The notes beneath the pieces were generated by a model, which had not been told where the DNA came from, searched no databases, and was given only the letters and a program-made list of their open reading frames with translations. Below, piece by piece: positions 61,118 to 63,374 of a DNA stretch of 63,374 nt. Within the stretch, counting starts at the first letter, position 1, and each line of letters opens with the position of its first letter. The DNA comes from Peribolospora baueri (Eukaryota): positions 1 to 63,374 of the forward strand of contig JAMDHS010000110.1 of the NCBI GenBank assembly GCA_029717555.1, given 5' to 3'. A program made the translations under genes and the position numbers.

Positions 61118-61823
61118 ATGCCGCCTCCGCCCTGCTTCTCGGGGAAAAGGCCCCCATTTCCAGTTAGTGATTCTTTCTCGTCTCTTGCGCTACGAGGCGT
61201 CGTCATCCGTCAGTAGGTCCGGGAGGCTTCTATTGTTTACAGCATTTTTCTTTCTTGTTCGCCTTCGCTCTTGTCCTCGCTCGCTCCTTTCCTTTCTGTC
61301 TGTCTCCCTTGGCCTGAGCCCCTATACCGTCCCTGATCCACCTTGCTACCTACGTATATCTATCTACCTACCTAGGTACCTACCTGCCTACCCACCCACC
61401 CGCATCCCTTCTCGCACCCACCACCGCTCTGGGCTGCGAGACGCTTTGATGATACCTTGCTCTGCTTTGCTTTTATATCCGTCCGAGCATAGATTTTAAT
61501 ACGACCCTCGGAGCCTCACTCACGTTCGTCGCCCTCCTCCCCATCGTCCGGCCCGATCGGACCCTCTTCTTCCGTCCCACGTGTCGATCGCCGGTATTGA
61601 ATTCCGCGCCCGTTTCCGAATTGTAAATCGCGCTGCGGATTGTAAATGAGGGTGAAATGAATTCCACCGTCTGCCCTTTTTCGCCGCGCCAGCGTTCATC
61701 TCGGAACGACGACGACAACGACGCTTAGACGAAGACGACGACGAAGACGACGAAGACGAAAGACGACGCTCACCTCTCCATCCTTCTCGCCCTCATATTC
61801 ATCGCCCACCATCCCCTCTCGAC

Positions 61824-63030
61824 ATGGCCGACACTCCGTCGTCCGCCGCCAACCGGGGCTCGTCCCCAGCCTCCACCTCGTCCTCCACCACCGCTCAACG
61901 TTCCTCCTCCCTCACCCCCCTCGTCTCCTCCCCTCCAGCCTCTCCCGGCGCCGACGCAGCCGGCCTTGCCTCCTTTTCACCTCCACCCTCTCCCCCGTCT
62001 CAACCCGCCCCTCCTTCTCTTGTACGCCCTGAGCTCAAGGTCGCCACCGGCGCACCGAGCACCGGCGCCACTGGCGCCCCCTCAGAGAAGGACGCCGGCG
62101 GCGCGACCAGACCGCGCAACAGGGGGCGGAGCGGCAGCTTGGTCAAGATCGAGAAGATAGAGCCGAGCCCTGAGGAGATGCTCGACCAGAGCGCCGGGTT
62201 CAACCCGAACGCGGAATGGGTCAACTATAAGGGTGAGCGCGATACGCCGTCGACGCTCCCTCGACCTGCTTGCGCCCATGTAGTCACGCCCCCCATGCTG
62301 ACCTACGTCCGTATGTCCTCCTGTCTCGCTTCCTAGGTGCCTGGGTAATCCACGTTGTGCTGATCATCCTCGGCAAGATCATGATCGACATCGTGCCAGG
62401 TATGGGCCAAGACACCTCTTGGACCGTCGTTAACTTGGGCTACATGGCCATCTCCTTCCTCATGTTCCACTGGGTCACCGGAACGCCGTTCGAGAGCAAC
62501 TCGGGCGTGTACGACAATCTCACGCTGTGGGAGCAGATCGATGAGGGCGCCCAGTACACGCCTGCGAAGAAGTGGCTGACTAGCGTGCCGATCGGACTGT
62601 GAGTACATGCATCGTCCTTCCTTGGATCGCACCGAGTTTCGCTTCTTTCGTGGGGTGAGTCGCCTGGAATAGCGGTTGACGAACACCTTGCCACCGACAT
62701 GATTCTACCCGAAAGCTTCCTCGTATCGACACACTACACCCGCTACAACCCTTTCCTCTTCGGTGTCAACTTCCTCGCCCTTCTCCTCGTCCTCGGCCCC
62801 AAGCTCCCTATGGTGAGTCTTTGCGTAGTTTACCATGCAAAGCTAAGCAGCATTCGTCCATCCTGTGTCCACTGATCGTTCCTCGTCCCATCGCGCTCGT
62901 CGTACAGCTCCACCGCCTCCGTTTCAAGTTCGGGGAAGAGCCAAGCTCTCCATACCCTTCGGCGCCTTCGACGCCGATCAGGCGACATGCGCCCTTTTCG
63001 GAGCAGATTCCGGCGTTCAAATCCGATTAA
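61824..63030 (+). CDS. ORM1: ORMDL-family sphingolipid homeostasis regulator; 3 introns
   Basis: NPNAEWVNYK|GAWVIH, MFHWVTGTPF, LTLWEQIDEGAQYTPAKKWL..VPI.LFL.STHY, PKLP.LHR.R. Confidence 0.95.
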
Positions 63031-63374
63031 ATTTGTTTATCTAGCCGGCGCTCTTGGGAGCGGCGGGGAGCAACTTATGGGCCCGTTCGGCGCCCAGATA
63101 GGATAGAGTGGACGAGGTCCTCTTTTTGTCTGTCGCCGCTATCCGACGTCTTCCCCGCCCGCCTGCTTTTCCCAAATTTCCCATAGTTGCCTCCTCATTA
63201 GCCCCGCTTTCCCACCTTCCCGTTCTCGTCGTCGTCTTCTTCGCGCGCTAATCACCACCTTGTATCCTTTCCGCCGTTCGTCACATCCCTTCTCGCTCGA
63301 CCTCTCGTCTCTCGCCTGATAGAAGTTTCGCCTCACCGCCTGTCTCTCCCCCCCCCCCCCCCCCTCCCCCCTCC

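Noticed and set aside
63346..63374. Terminal poly-C run as a functional G-quadruplex element
   Set aside because: Lies at the window edge and may be a contig-end or low-complexity artefact.
1..63374. tRNA or rRNA genes
   Set aside because: The few GGTTCGA matches I saw lack cloverleaf context and no rRNA-like sequence was noticed; a covariance-model scan would be needed to exclude small RNAs.

Overview
GC-rich, intron-rich fungal genomic DNA, most likely a basidiomycete (GT..AG introns with CTRAC-type branch sites, membrane-anchored GH9, velvet, formin). Conserved genes, left to right: Old Yellow Enzyme (+), Zn2Cys6 transcription factor (-), M20 carboxypeptidase S-like (-), two-domain amidohydrolase (+), RNA polymerase I subunit RPA2 (-), LCL2 (+), a small putative mitochondrial membrane protein (-), GH9 glucanase (-), GT90 glycosyltransferase (-), velvet-domain regulator (-), formin (-), inositol polyphosphate 5-phosphatase (+) and ORM1 (+). 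The unusual part is an accessory island at about 6.2-14.7 kb. It holds a Ty3/Gypsy chromodomain/LTR remnant and an endonuclease-less Penelope-like (Coprina-type) retroelement. That element has a minimal hammerhead ribozyme (8537-8574) and a (CCCTAA)-type telomeric dimer just after its RT, followed by a decayed ORF1-like frame. Upstream on the same strand, a broken multi-domain RNA end-healing gene (2H phosphoesterase, TPR-like, Cys phosphatase, P-loop kinase) runs in frame into the element. The island also carries an intronless, bacterial-looking SDR gene and a lone ankyrin repeat. Elsewhere there is a six-copy CGG-motif array upstream of the OYE gene and a 94-bp inverted repeat built from a Gag-like fragment at 38.8-39.1 kb. 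Gene boundaries were read by eye and family calls rest on recognised motifs, not database searches.
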